A stretch of 64,000 nucleotides of DNA from Haliotis cracherodii (Eukaryota). Numbering within the stretch: the first letter of the stretch is position 1; every line of letters starts with the position of its first letter. Location: contig NW_027266298.1 of NCBI RefSeq assembly GCF_022045235.1, forward strand, positions 1,550,001 through 1,614,000, given 5' to 3'. Below the pieces are notes generated by a model. The model was not told where the DNA came from and did no database searches. It saw only the letters and a list, made by a program, of their open reading frames with translations. The position numbers and the translations under genes were made by a program. Shown piece after piece: positions 63,792 to 64,000 of this stretch.

Positions 63792-64000
63792 TTATGGGGG
63801 ATCTTCAGGTTCAAACACTGTCTCAGACCTGCGCGACCCAGAAGGGGACCGAGACACTGCAGCCGCAGCAGCATCAGCTACCCCCGGAGGGATGCAGGAT
63901 ACCCGCAACCTTTTTCCCGCTGAGCCCCCCTGGGATTTAGAACGCGCACGTGACTTTGATGGGACCGTTTGCCACACATGTGGATCAATAAGAGCAAGGA
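63792..64000 (-). CDS. Family E ORF1, copy 2, C-terminal part
   Basis: Ends EPEDPP*; truncated by the window edge. Confidence 0.9.
   Translation of the reverse strand, partial: LALIDPHVWQTVPSKSRARSKSQGGSAGKRLRVSCIPPGVADAAAAAVSRSPSGSRRSETVFEPEDPP

Larger units (their letters stand above)
59249..64000 (-). mobile_element. Keno-like Tx1 LINE family E, copy 2 (runs off the window)
   Basis: Apparently identical to copy 1 at an offset of 7096 bp, except in the A tail. Confidence 0.95.

Overview
Eukaryotic (animal, probably invertebrate) DNA containing a tandem array of U2 snRNA genes on the minus strand, with a native unit of about 1.17 kb (about 189-nt U2 plus about 977-bp spacer). All eight U2 genes seen are split at the same site (U2 nt 35/36, GTGT^AGTA, inside the branch-point recognition sequence) by same-orientation, poly(A)-tailed non-LTR retrotransposons of the Tx1 clade (Keno-like: ORF1 with CCHC knuckle; ORF2 with APE, RT and CCHC). 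At least five diverged two-ORF families are present (A, B, C x2, D, E x2), plus two ORF1-only families (H1, H2) that share an extra C-terminal domain. Copy A carries a nested RT-deleted BEL/Pao LTR element, whose 5' LTR carries two tandem I-group LINE insertions. Comparing families by eye shows a shared expression architecture that I do not recognise as described: (1) a degenerate U2 leader with the branch-site-binding motif always altered and short antisense-to-U2 segments; (2) a branch point/polypyrimidine/YAG 3' splice acceptor with no conserved donor, fused to a covarying structured RNA just upstream of ORF1; (3) ORF1 ending in [D/E]PP-stop; (4) a frame-conserved middle ORF whose stop overlaps or closely follows the ORF2 AUG; (5) a covarying 3'-UTR stem-loop kept by the ORF1-only elements. 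Coordinates were read by hand and element ends are approximate by a few nt.
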